DNA of 58,253 nucleotides from a virus. Taxonomy: Duplodnaviria; Caudoviricetes. The notes under the pieces are model-generated. The model was not told the DNA's origin and did no database searches. It saw nothing but the letters and a program-made list of their open reading frames with translations. The position numbers and the translations under genes were made by a program. Each line of letters starts with the position of its first letter. Within the stretch, counting starts at the first letter, position 1. The stretch spans positions 1-58,253 of IMG/VR virus record IMGVR_UViG_3300044723_012229; one strand, 5' to 3'. Positions 18,601-29,400 of this stretch are shown in pieces.

Positions 18601-19005
18601 CTTAAACAATGCCTGTATACCAAAACTAATAGCAGCAAAAAGTATTGCCTTAAAAAGAAAGCCTTGAGCCGCAATCCACTTACCTATTTTTATTATCGCC
18701 GGAATAAAAAAGCCGGAACCAACTAACTGAGGAATAACATGAACCTCGTCGGTGGACAATTTTGCATTATAAGTTTTCTCGCAAAACATTTTTCTTTTAA
18801 AAGATTCTTCAGTTTCGTCTTTCGAGATTTTCTTATTTAAAAATATATAATTATTACCCGAGTCATATTCTTTTAATAAATAATTTAAAAAACCCTCCTT
18901 ATTGCAATCTATAGCATGCAAGGCCTCAGGTACAGAGTCTACATCCAAACTCCATACTTTTCCGAACCTCTTGCCGAGGCTTCCATGCAGAAAAATCTTT
19001 TTCAT
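12652..19005 (-). CDS. Tail tip protein: lambda gpI-like (beta-grasp) domain fused to gpJ N-terminal hub domains
   Basis: 2117 aa. MKKIFLHGSLGKRFGKVWSLDVDSVPEALHAI and QGDPVPMGYGQLLIGS are gpI-like. LDLLCEGPVEGL, PENYDPNTRKYDGAWSGLF, WTDNPAWIFYD, DKWQLYKIAKYCDELV, EPRFTCN and GVTSESQARRLAKW are gpJ-like. Confidence 0.92.
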   Translation of the reverse strand: MKKIFLHGSLGKRFGKVWSLDVDSVPEALHAIDCNKEGFLNYLLKEYDSGNNYIFLNKKISKDETEESFKRKMFCEKTYNAKLSTDEVHVIPQLVGSGFFIPAIIKIGKWIAAQGFLFKAILFAAISFGIQALFKPPAPPKHTSEQVSTRSYIMSGAQNRKSQGDPVPMGYGQLLIGSSNIGEEKVVRHQTNQTTTRGDINSLESVAEYDYLDLLCEGPVEGLVDETGAKVYKNEGESYNKNLKSVHLNNVPVITKDGRTNFVLSEGVDEDECKFNDGSLGAQGNFVPEKSSYLIDLGNKTLFGPSPQDEVNGAAYKSIYQSSASEYLDKIHFAREAGSQVFSYLVSNKNVGQVTFFMSAELQYQQQRVDGSNSHSWTSDCFVDFSVFVERGGVEYNIFSPESGCTIVKSDNDQWWHKITAQQTYGRKIPRRGFSRYSEQGLSGVAGNHSYVGSSVSKAVYGLNYYFSNPSVEYDYKPVEIQRSLYEALVGNNISTNSVTQISEDEKNDYNYETLEAIVKSYEAFVDNNPVVYQNYISEGSKDFLTLYGLASGGVEIPLTINIDRDRFFGGESTRGVVFKFMKITHEIDPTGNTGMRASDKPLNNGTGNMHLSQIFTRANLGIQQIQETIFQKVGYPHSCFTRLKVDSRNFSQSPQRSYNIKLKKVLIPENYDPNTRKYDGAWSGLFLGQDSQEIDINDVHESNLRWTDNPAWIFYDVISNPRFGVSKYGLAPEDIDKWQLYKIAKYCDELVATNYAPETSTNLLRPFRTNISEQYNENTEELTVSLDNYIIYTDTNSNTVKVNSAHDNAINSKQFEGRSGNTVRFEDDLSSSNISDVFYHIYGRDNTLREYEIYLGDKKFKYGSTESEYNWTVGSLIDSLNSFNSGSGVAYRYDLNSFINEFGSGDQYKGKKVAFYIKKSTYKARGDDFIRQIQTIACAQGRDCLVEERVLVRSIPESRQIVVQGGNFDSSSSISFIPNEGVAYDMVVGGCSLQKSYPIVEPRFTCNIYITEQIEAINMLNSIASCFRSVIAYNNGKISLSQDHPRLPVKIFNNTNVLEGGFSYSGEEKKMKYTSCMVRFNNKEKKFAPDVIYEEDVQGIQRLGFREKEIIGFGVTSESQARRLAKWTLLTSRLESEGVSFSCGIEGNSIAPGLVFQVVDNMRSSRQISGRVLGIKSTSSGGATAIQLDRNFSDILVFGRLEITVSAGVSQDSYDLVEKKAGLESLDVDQDLDIDNIYSPQVLKFNCSAKDGARLFDGSSCCLVNFLLKKEFTVNLNDNLLECNNHGLADGDRVSFVSEGVLPANIQKDRVRTLAYFVVNSTFNTFQISLIPNGGDAPVEIIDEGLDSLGNPGGFHYFCPESSQNNLTQEALNQLQIGASYVLDGVNTIVSTNKYGESIIEDEKIIQALHLDAYTYLKYGSVVTSSFYGDITVYDPGTLNGEDFIKSDALGTAVLRFSSDGSSEFSYLELKGANINAIPEDSVDVNNRRFSIPLHLVGVSGDIHPKVWVQKIDTEVEANDGSKVFVETGSWLIQNKKMLEIIRGRSIGEVFYENIPFNLDSEVTEEFGKFKYKYVFAKISPSDVAINEAYIVDNQGGDDLINFDPITSWSNVLSSADLIRRMCLAFNVSEEEFLSRSGAETIPSFLKESYYMHEVINLLDGSDDLTLQVGSRYEIVSNPISDLQYIHQIENGSRVKLIDASFEEGKEIDYTLLGASENAVGEEFVWNLDPGDETLNNQVDSYLLLVYRESLDLTRWGAQTGRPGDKFIFSTPGDVNAVNQEYVNIRDYDSIGGNVSVILSKPVQLKDGDCFYTIKGVGGAEGFTVTDEDKSLGSFNEKCLRNSYGFAMYYDEDNFLSIDQAPQEIDELKFRVVPQENDSSGNPIVTSQKVNTLTPSRQTSIDQSENSGREGATQSVNKILEIEEVLLLKSDESKQRKPSVALKFSIKSLNLVDLNKNIKIKCKNFKISSSSAAKKINNSMNSTWNTILLDGTIVELLNSSSLYHEIQAARTTGLLELSVDEAGFIDFEVAGFAEYLENNINYENSLQGYRYYKAVSVKEKDDQTFEIIGTEYNFNKFDAIDREHAVRRPFMPIPPQANMDIPESPESIILQDLTYR

Positions 19006-19023
19006 CCTTATTCCTAATATATC

Positions 19024-19347
19024 TTATACACAATTATAAAAGCAAAACTCATCATATCTAATACTATATATTAAAAACGGCAAGCCTAATGATTTAAACA
19101 ACTTTTTATCCGCGACAGACATTTTAGGTTTATCTTTTATATGAGAATGAAAAACACACTCAACTTCATTCTCAATGAATAAATTATAATCAATCTCAAA
19201 AGTATATACAGGATACATACTTAAGTTTCTAGAAGGAATAAATTTTAAATCATTTTGTATTTTTACAATTAGGCCACAAGACTCTTCGTGACTATTTTTT
19301 ATTGCATAATTTTTAATCTCTTGTTTTAATTCCCCCGATATAATCAT
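19024..19347 (-). CDS. Tail assembly protein K-like, stand-alone JAB/MPN (JAMM) metalloprotease
   Basis: 107 aa with EESCG...HSHIKDKPKMSVAD (E...HxH-x7-S-x2-D). It sits between gpL and gpI and has no NlpC/P60 domain. Confidence 0.9.
   Translation of the reverse strand: MIISGELKQEIKNYAIKNSHEESCGLIVKIQNDLKFIPSRNLSMYPVYTFEIDYNLFIENEVECVFHSHIKDKPKMSVADKKLFKSLGLPFLIYSIRYDEFCFYNCV
19027..19031 (-). promoter_or_regulatory. GTGTA putative phage late-promoter motif upstream of the gpI-J gene
   Basis: Minus strand reads aattGTGTAtaagatatattaggaataaggATG. Confidence 0.55.
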
Positions 19348-20498
19348 GATTGATTGTATCTAGCGACACCTGGAAACCCTCCAAACGGAAGAGGGCCATA
19401 ACCGCCTGAAACTAAATCTTCGGGATTTATTACGTCTCCCTCATCTTGCCCAACTCCACCTAAATTAAAAGCAATTAGATCTGGATCTTCTCCAGTGAAT
19501 CTTTTTTTGCATGCATCAAATGTTTTTTGACATTCGTCTTTAGCCCAGTGAGATCTACTTAAAAATGGATGGTAATCGCTTGGGTTCGCATGGCTTTTTA
19601 AGCAAACAAACAATTGAGGGGTCTTAAGGTAAGGGTTATTATTTGGGTTGATAACCTGAATTTTAGCTAAGTCCCCAGCCTTGTATCCATAATTATTAAC
19701 TTCTGTTCCAGCAACCCACCCACCTTGACTATATACATGCCCATAACGATTCCATATCGGAACACTATCAGCAAGATTTGGATATTTTGCGGGGTCAATA
19801 AAATTAAACTCACTGTCCTTAGATAAGTTGTTTATTTGAGTTAAATCTCTACCAATAGAATCCTCTATAGGCAAACCTTCGTAACCGCACCCCACAGAAC
19901 ATCTATAAGTCCAATTACAATAGTTAGCCATTATTTTTCTAGCAGGAACAAAAGCATCTTCTAGCTCCATTGCAGAAGCGAGCTCAAAAGTTATTCCATC
20001 TTTATCTTCAGAAACTTTTTTATTTATATAAAAAATATCCTCAGGAAATCCAGCGTTTTGATCTCCATACCCAAAAGGATTCACATTCTCTTCATTTAAA
20101 TTTCTGTTCTGAAAGTTTTCTGGGTCTAGAAACCTTGCAAACACTCTGTGCCTAGTGACTTTGCAATTCAGAAAATCTTCATTGTAATATACTATTTTTG
20201 AAAAAATTCCCTCAGGATTTGCCATGCTCAACTTAGGTCTAGGTAGAGAGCCTTGGCTCTTTTGCTCGACATCCTCAAAAGATATGGGCATAGGTTGATA
20301 CGAATTACCCTTCCAGACAATAGGATTTGTGCCATTTTCCATAGAAGTAAACCTGTATACAGTAAGGTTAACTGCATCTTGACCTGGAATATTTATAAAG
20401 TTCCCCTGAAAAGGAGAAAGGTCAATTTCAAATAGAGAAATTAATGCATCAGGAGATACAGAAAGTAATTGCTTATTTCTATCTGCAGAAGACTTCAT
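19344..20498 (-). CDS. Minor tail protein L-like (lambda gpL family, Cys-ligated Fe-S domain)
   Basis: 384 aa. IVWKGNSYQPMPI, LPRPKLSMAN, ITFELAS, RKIMANYCNWTYRCSVGCGY, DECQKTFDACKKRF, LPFGGFPG. Confidence 0.93.
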   Translation of the reverse strand: MKSSADRNKQLLSVSPDALISLFEIDLSPFQGNFINIPGQDAVNLTVYRFTSMENGTNPIVWKGNSYQPMPISFEDVEQKSQGSLPRPKLSMANPEGIFSKIVYYNEDFLNCKVTRHRVFARFLDPENFQNRNLNEENVNPFGYGDQNAGFPEDIFYINKKVSEDKDGITFELASAMELEDAFVPARKIMANYCNWTYRCSVGCGYEGLPIEDSIGRDLTQINNLSKDSEFNFIDPAKYPNLADSVPIWNRYGHVYSQGGWVAGTEVNNYGYKAGDLAKIQVINPNNNPYLKTPQLFVCLKSHANPSDYHPFLSRSHWAKDECQKTFDACKKRFTGEDPDLIAFNLGGVGQDEGDVINPEDLVSGGYGPLPFGGFPGVARYNQS

Positions 20499-23400
20499 TA
20501 TATCAAAAGATCAATATTTCGCTCCATCCACTGACTACCCCACTCCGACGAAGTTATGCCAGGTTCAACATTAGGCTCCATATATTTACTATCATAATCC
20601 TCAACATTATTATAAACATTCTCAGAAATATTCCAACCCATATCTTCCAGAATACCCAGTGTTAATTTTGAGGATTTGTCAGATATTCTATACCTATTCG
20701 CAAGAGTTATCGGGCTCATTATCGCAAAAGGAAAAGAAGGCTGTATAAACCCGGTATCAGCGATAGACCTACAGGTCTCCAAAAAGTGCGCACCATTTCC
20801 ATACAAAGCAACAGAACCAAGCCAGCACTTAATATATTTACCGTTTCTGTCTATCGCATGATATATATCATCACCCAGTTCAATTTTCATCCAATAATCA
20901 CTTAAATATTGGTTAAATAAAGAGGGGTAATTATCGTCTTGACTCGATATGCTCTCGTCAAAAACCTGAGGAGTTGAAGTCGCTATATAATAATCTCCAT
21001 TATAAACCCCAATCTGCCCAGAGCTATGAGCGACATGTGGATCTATAGATGCGCCTGTAGTGTCTGCCCCCGAATCAGGAGACAGTTGCTCTCTGACATA
21101 TTTACCATATTCTTCTAGGGTTTTTTTGCCGTAAAATTGCCACCCCCATTTTTCTCTTTGGGAGGATCCAATATTAGATGTTCTTAACGCAAACCTATCT
21201 CCTTTAAAAGAGCTCGATAATGTAGATGCGACAAGAGCCACGTCATCTATAATTTCTCCTACATTTTGAGCCTTAATACCCAAGACATGCAAGAATTCAT
21301 GCAAGGTCGTGGAATAAAATCCGGAAACAGGCACGCCATCTTCTTTACTGAAATTTGGATAACTATGATATGCAATATCAAAAAAGTTTATAGCGTTATT
21401 TTCATCCAAAAAGTCCACAGGATTATACATAATTTGACCATAAGCAGGAGAAGGCCTATAAGAGCCATTAACATCCTTCATTCCAAGAAACTTTTGTTTG
21501 ACCCATGCCGCAGCAAAAATATCTGCACTATCTCCAAATCTTCCAGCAGAAGCCTCATAAAGACTTACATTCAATATAAAATTATCCTTAACAAAAGCAT
21601 TCAGCTTTTGCTCTACATAGTATAACTCTTTTTTCTGTTTTTCGCTCAAGTCAAGAAATATTCTTGTGTTTATCTTTAATCCTTCCGAGTTTAACTTTTC
21701 CGGCAAAGCATCCCCCCTACCTGCATAAGTTGTGACTCTAGGAAGCTTAAAAAATGAATCTATAGACTTAAAGGAATTATCTCCCGAGTAATATTTACCA
21801 ATATCTATAGGAATATTGTGAGTCATACTCGCAGAAGCTTTCTCGTTATATACTTTTGATAAACAATTTAAATATTCATTACCATAGAATGAATCTTGCA
21901 GATTTGATATCCAGTTATAATTATTAGCAACAACATGGTCGGCATTAATTGAAGGATTCCAGCTTCCAGCCTCTGGATCCCCGGGAATTGCAAAGATGTT
22001 ATTATTTAAACCAAAAGCCTGGCGAGTAAAACTTACTACATCTTTAAAGTTATTTATTTCCACAAAGTTATCAGCATTATCTAAACCGCCTTCTTCAAAA
22101 ACATTATGATTAATACAACCATAAAACTCATCTTCTCCGGACGCAGATTCCTCACAAGAAATAAAAACAGGAGTGCCCTTTCCTATCATATCTCCAATAG
22201 AAGGCGAAGAGCCATTAGTATACCTCAGTAGGTAGTAACTATTTTGTTTGCTTCCAAAAGGAGTAACAACAGTATTAAATGGAATAGTATTTAATACGCT
22301 TGAATCTTTTACGGTTACGTAGTCTTTTTTATTATTAGCCTCAAAAATAGCTCCATATAACAAAACTTCAAATCCATAAATAACACCATACCGAAAATTT
22401 CCATGAGTAGAAAAATCGATTCTATCAACTTGCCTAAAAGATTTTTTATGCAAAAACTCTTCAGAATCTTCATACATTGCAGAAAACTTATAGTGATACA
22501 TATCTCCCTGAGTATAGTTACTTAAAGAATATTTTGCCCCCTCGGCAATATTTAATGTGTGTGTATTAAATATTTTCTTATAAAATCTTAAAACAGAATC
22601 TTCCCCATAACACATCTCTGCTTTTTTGCATGCAAAATTAAATCTTTTTTTGGAAAAATTCCTAGAATACCTTACTGATGAAAATAAAATATCCCTCACC
22701 CTGTTTGCCGCTTCCGTGCCCGTATACAGACTGATATTTCTATTAGTAAACACTCCAGGATTTATAAAACCATGATCCTTTGAGTAGACATTGGATAAAG
22801 CATAAAGCCAAGATGGAGATGGCTCGTATTCCGGATTTAGTCCTTTTTTATTCAACCAATTAAATTGTAGATTTGTTGGATTCGCATCCACCCCAAGCAA
22901 ATCTCCCACTAAAGTAAATTCATTTTCAATCTTAACTTTAATAATTCCTGTCATAGAAAAATCACCAACATATTTAAATATTCTACCAACTTGATTATCA
23001 ACTATACCCAATGAAGGAAAGTTTCCTTGTATAAACCTATCAGTTTCATCCATTTCGTTCCATTCTAAATCTACGCCCGGAACAGAAGAAGTCTGAACAG
23101 AGGATTGATAAAACTTCCTGTCAAATTTAACTACAGAACCAGCTTCATATTCTCCCTCAGCCCAATCTGCGGGAACCATGGTGCATTCAAAAGCATCCCC
23201 GACAGACTCATTTCCAGTTCCCCCAAAAATAGAGTAATCAAAACTTTTTCCATCTAACGAAGAAACTGTATAATTTTCCCCCACTTCAGCGTAGAAAGGG
23301 TTAAGAGATATAGGCTCCAATATTTTATAAGAATTATTTTTAACAAGAGTACTCATTGGCGCATTAATAGTCGACACCTCTGACTGAGCAACCCTCATAC

Positions 23401-26400
23401 TGTTTAAATCTTGTGTTGATAACATTTTTCCTATATTATTCCCAGAGTGAACCAAAGCGGGAACATCAAAAGTTATAGTTTTGCTATATTCTTCGCCGTC
23501 GGGATAAAAACTTGCCGCCTGACTCCATTCGATTAAGTCTCGAGCGTTATCTATAGTTGAATCTCTACTAGCAGTAATATTCCTATTTCGATCGTCATCA
23601 AAGGTAATCGCATATGCTTCATACGGACCGTCCCACTCTTCCTCAATAAACTGTCCAGTGGTTGGAATCTGATTGGACTGATACATATAACCCTCATATA
23701 CAACAATAGCATATATACTATAAGAAGTGCTCGAGCTCCAATCAACCGCATTATATTTATCTTTGAGATAAATAAGGGTTCCAACTTCACCGCTTGACCT
23801 AAAACCAGAAGAATCAGATGGCCTAAAAGTAAATATAGTTGGATCATGCCAAGGATTATACAGCCAATTTTCTCCGACCATGTTCACAAACCAACCCAAA
23901 TCATAAAATCGATCAAGAGTTGAAGTACCAAAACTTTTAAACTCTAAAAACTGAGATATAATAGAAGGAAAATCTAGAGACATAAAAGTTTCATCATTAG
24001 AAACATTTGTTTCTATAAACATAGTATTCGACTGAAAGCTTCCATCATTAACAAAATCAGAATCAAGAGAATAATAAAAAGTTCCGGTAATTAAACGCTC
24101 TGAATTCAACATGACATGAGCGCTGCCATGATCCATAAAAAACCTAGAATCTTCCGCGTTCCATTCAAAACCAATAGGTACATACTGCTTACCCCCTTGT
24201 AATTGATCAGAAGAAAATATTCTATCACTAAGATTTTCAGGAATGTGTGCTATTGTAATTGGCTGCTTAAACCCAGAGGCATCTCCCTGGTCTTCAAATT
24301 TTTTAGTTTCTTTTAAGTTTCTCAATTGAACAGGATGGTCTAAAATCCAGACAGAAGAAAATATATCTTCATCATCAATATATTTCATAAAAACTTCCGC
24401 AATTTCTTTATTCATTATTCTATTGTTGCTAGTCTGATTAGAGTCGAAAGAAATCTGCTCTATTCTATCTTGATCTTCCTGACTCATATCCGAGGAGTAT
24501 ACAATCTTACTGGTTTTCCTAAAATTACCACGATCAACAAAAGTTCCAAAAGAAACGGACTGCTGCTCCTGCATTAGAGATGTCAAGCTTAAAAAATCTG
24601 CACCATTAGGAAGGTTCAAAACTTTAATTTTTATATTATCAATGCTATACTCACTAACAAACTCACTTATAGTAGTACGACCATCAACAACCCTAAAAAT
24701 TAATTCGCTATCAACAACTTCCCATCTATTTATTTTCCCGTCATCCTCAAAGAAAGAAACTTTTTCGATAAACTTGTATGGACCATCAAGAGTTATATGC
24801 ATAACAGCAATACCCCCATTAACAGAAGGAACCAACACTTCAGCAAATACAGATTTTACATCTTCATAATTCGCTAGATTATAATTGTAATCATCAGGAA
24901 TCTCACAAGGCAAAGCATGAGCAAAGTCAGAAGAGCAGGGCACTATCGGATTATTTTCTGAAGATAAATATTTTTTTTGATTTATTTTCTTTGTAGCAAT
25001 TATTTCCCACTCAGATATTACTTCTGATTTATTTTCAAAAGGTAAGTAAATGAGCCTCCCATCTTTTGATATAATTTGATAAAATCCCGATTCGCTTTTA
25101 ATTATTCCATAAGTATAAGCCCGGGGCATTAATTCTATTTCAATATTAGCGATATCTTGATTAGAGCTAAATTTACTTTTTATAACCCCATAAGCTTTCA
25201 CCCTTTCATTTACTCCCCCAGCTTCATATCTTCCAACAATAATTTTACATATTCCTCGCTGAACATATACTTGATCATAACCCTTATCAGGGTCTACTTT
25301 TTCTACTGACAACACAAAATGATTTTCGTTATTAATGTCATCAGCGTCGATTAGTTCTGCCATCTTAGAGCCTACAGGCCAATTTTCTATAGAATGTGAA
25401 GTATAAGGAGCGGAAATGTCATCATGCATCTCTACAGGAAACATTATATTTCCACCATTTAATCCATATGCATATATTTTATACTCCACCCACATCCCTT
25501 CGTGAGCGCTTATAAATTCATCCACACTTGCCTGCCCAACAGAACTGATATCTCCGCTATGAGTAAACTCCACTAAAGCAGTTTGGCAATTATCAGGAAA
25601 TTTTTGGAAATCTTCAGGATACACAGAGCAATCATCCTCTAGTCGTATTACTTTTGAGTTCCCAGACCAATTAAGACCCCAACCATCTCTTAATGCTCTA
25701 AATTTCGTGCCAGCGTTATTACCAGTAGATCCCACGAGAGAAAAATTATCATTATCAGGATTTTCTAAAATCTCAAAGCGATCCCCTTCGGTAATATAGA
25801 AAGCATCTACAGACCAAACATCACCTTCTTCTTCTTTGATTGTTATATCAAGATTAGAACTGTTGGATGTAGAGATATCAATAGAAAACTTACTCTCGAA
25901 AACCTCGGACTCCTTATTCAATCGCACAGAGTTTGAGTCCATATTATACAAATTAAAAGTATTCCAGGGTAATATATATCCATCAAGCTTAGCTTCATAC
26001 GCCCCGCCCTCTATTGGAATATTTGCGTTTTCTATACTTAAAGGATTTATTTCCACAAAAGATAATCCACTTAAGTCCGAAAGCACCAAAGATATCTCAG
26101 AAGTGCCAGTAATATCTGGAGCATCTATAGTAGAAGTAAATACTTGACCAACGTACTGACTAGACTCATTTGGGCCATTACAACTTGAAAAATCCGTATC
26201 TCCAGTTTTGGTTATAATATATTTTTGATCTTTTTGAATCCAAAAAAGAGGCACAGACATTGCAGGCCCCACTCTAAACCTAAACATATCCCCAATCTCA
26301 GGATCTTTAACTTCAGCAAAAAACAGTCCGTTAATTAAAGAAGCGTTTTCTTGAATAAGCTTAACTCCAGACTTGTTAAAAACAACAATCTCACCAACCT

Positions 26401-29400
26401 TAACAGTAGACTGATCACTAACCGAAGAAAAATTAACACTTTCCGCTCCGTCCGCAAACAGCAACTGATATTTATTTCCAGCAATAATTTGAGATGCATT
26501 TATAACCCTAAATGCTGCAGCCTTATATAGCTCTACTTGATCGGGATTAGTCACAGAAGTAATCTTGTACGTTTGGCCGGCAACACCCTCATACCACAAA
26601 ACATCCTCACCCTCTTCGACCTCACCCACTAACTCAAGCCAAGAGTCAGAGGGCCTGTTTTTTTTCACCGTTGCATCTCCTGCAAAAAATTTACCCAAAA
26701 TTAATTCTTCCGGAGATTGATCTTCGTCTTGCTGCCCTTCCTCTTCGGCTAAAAGATTATTTTCAATATCTTTCAATAATAAAGACTTAAGCTGCCCTCC
26801 GTCACTATTTGCTTGATGAACAAACTCTGCAGTCTTAGAGGCAGCAAAATATTGTATTGCAGAATTTTGGCCGTAGATATATTTTACCGCAGCATTACCA
26901 TAATTTAAGTTTTTTGAACCAACGAAAAAACTATTATTGCATACATTCAAATGATTCCAATCGCCGCCCGAAGAAGGGCTAAAGCTTACTATGCTTGTAT
27001 TTGGCGCAGAATTCCATATTCTGTCTATTGCTTCAGATATAGTCCAGTTCTCTATTCTCATTGTATCACACTCAGAAACAAGAGAGCCTCTATTCCCCCC
27101 CAGCATGGTAGTATACAAGTTTATCGCATGGTTGGACGTATCGTTTTTAACGATATTCAATTTCCATAAATCCTCTTCGTAATACTCCTGCATCAACCAC
27201 GACCAATATGTAGGAAACTTAAGTAAAGGAAAACCATTGACGTAGGGAGTTTCGCTAAAGCACGACAAGATCTCATCTTTCGTCGGAGCATCTGCATCAT
27301 TATACCAAGAAATCCAGTCTAGATTATGAACGAAGGCGTGGCTTCGCCACAAACCGCGCTGGCCTTGAAGGTTATAAGAGCCATTAGAAAACAACATAGC
27401 AGAAAACCTAAGTTTCTCCCCGGAATTAAAATTTCGCCACAAAGCATCTCCGCTATTTCCTGCAGTTCCATAAGCTACCGCAACAGTGGCGCATTTGTCA
27501 AACATAGATGTTATATTGCTTTGGGATATTTTTTCCCACTGATCATGCCATTTATGCTGCTGATACTCAAATTCTAAATTATCAGCAGAAGCAATCCAGT
27601 CTTCAATAAGGTTTTTGCCCCAATTACGCGATGTAGTCTGTGCGCCTCTGCCGCTCCACCCTATAGCAACAGTTTTAACCCCGGCAAGCGAGGTTAAAAA
27701 AGTCATAAACAGATAAAAACAAGAAATAGTTCTTGAATAATGTGCGCTTAGAGCATTGGTGGCACCCCTTTTGTCTTTGCTCCATGCGTTTGCGCCTCCC
27801 GTAATGCTTATAGAAATTTTATCAACAGATGCCTCCCAGAGTTTTGAGGTTTTGTTAAATTTGTATACATTTACTGCGCCTCGTTTACTTTTATGACCTA
27901 TCAGTTTATGTATGTAATCATTTAACCCTTGACCAAGCTTGATACTAGGCACAATATTACCATTTTGCTCCCTAGATTGCTGAAGAAGGTATGCGAAATA
28001 CGAGTATATTGCCCCTACTATCGCAGGATGACACCAACTGAAAAGAGGGTGCGGCCCAGGTACACCTTTAAGATTTAGTATTCCAGATACATAATTATTT
28101 TCAATAAAGTACTCCCCTCCGTCGCCCTGCACGGTAAAGGAGCCAACCTTATCCCAGTCTTCCTTAACGATTCCTTTGGCCCCGCTCCCCAAATAAGTTT
28201 GCTCTTGAAAAGATCCAAAATTTTCTTTAACAAACTCAAAAAACTCAGGGTTTTCAAATAAATATTTATTGCCAAAAATAGGAGAGAATAAAGTTTGATC
28301 TTCCCAGCCGTGGTGATGCCATTTGCCTTCATTAGGGGCCGTTTTGTAAAAAGGAATTCTGACATTATTACTAAGATCTATATATTTATTTGAACCACTA
28401 TATTTTTCTCTCTCCAGGGCACTTGTTAAAGGGTTTGATGTGCATATAAATTCAGTACCAGTCGGCATATACATTTTTATATATGTATTATGAACAAATC
28501 TTAAACCAACATCAACAGTATCAGGGTTTCTGTATTCTGGGGCGGCAACCAAGCCATGCTCTATAGCAGTAAAAGAAAACCCAATCTCGGTTTTAACGCA
28601 ACCAATTTTAGCAAGTAAATCAACAGAGTTATTCTCAGATGGGTTTTCTAATATACTATAACTTTCTCCCTTTCTAATTTGTGCGTAATCTACAATAGTA
28701 GAACCCTTACCTTCTATCGAAACGAGCGGTAATTGACGTTGAACTTGAATATTTTTATACGCCTCCGGAACCACATAATCTTCAGGAGAAAATATCACCA
28801 AGGATCCGACATCATAAGTTCCTGAAATACCTATATTCGAATAATCAAAACCTTCTACCTGTTGAGTAATTTTAAAAACATCGCCGTTACTTAATTCTGA
28901 AATAGCAACAACAAAGTGATCGAGGCTGCCCCAAGGCTTCTCTCCATTGTAAATAAATTCAAGACCAACCAGGCCCTCTTTTTCTCCGACAATATTTTTA
29001 TCAAGGCCAATCGTCAAATATAAATCGTAATCAGAGTCGTCAATAATTGTACAAGAATCCCCTTGAACAAGATCATTTAGCGGAACATTTCTGCTGTAAA
29101 CTCGAAGCTCTTCGGAGACATCTTCAATAACGCTTTCCATGCTATCTGCACCCCTCAAAGAGTCGATAAAGTCTTGATTAAAATCATTCAGATTAACGGT
29201 GTTATTAATATGAGCCTTATAAGAAGAGAGTCCAGACCATTGAGAGATTTGTTGTTCGGGATGAGCTCTGAAACTATGAATTACATGCTTTATAAGTAAA
29301 TCATTAGGCTTAATACTTGACCATGTAGTCAAAACATCAAACCTAGTATCATCAACAAGGAGGTCTTCTTCTTTGATCAGATAAGTTTCGCCGACAACCA

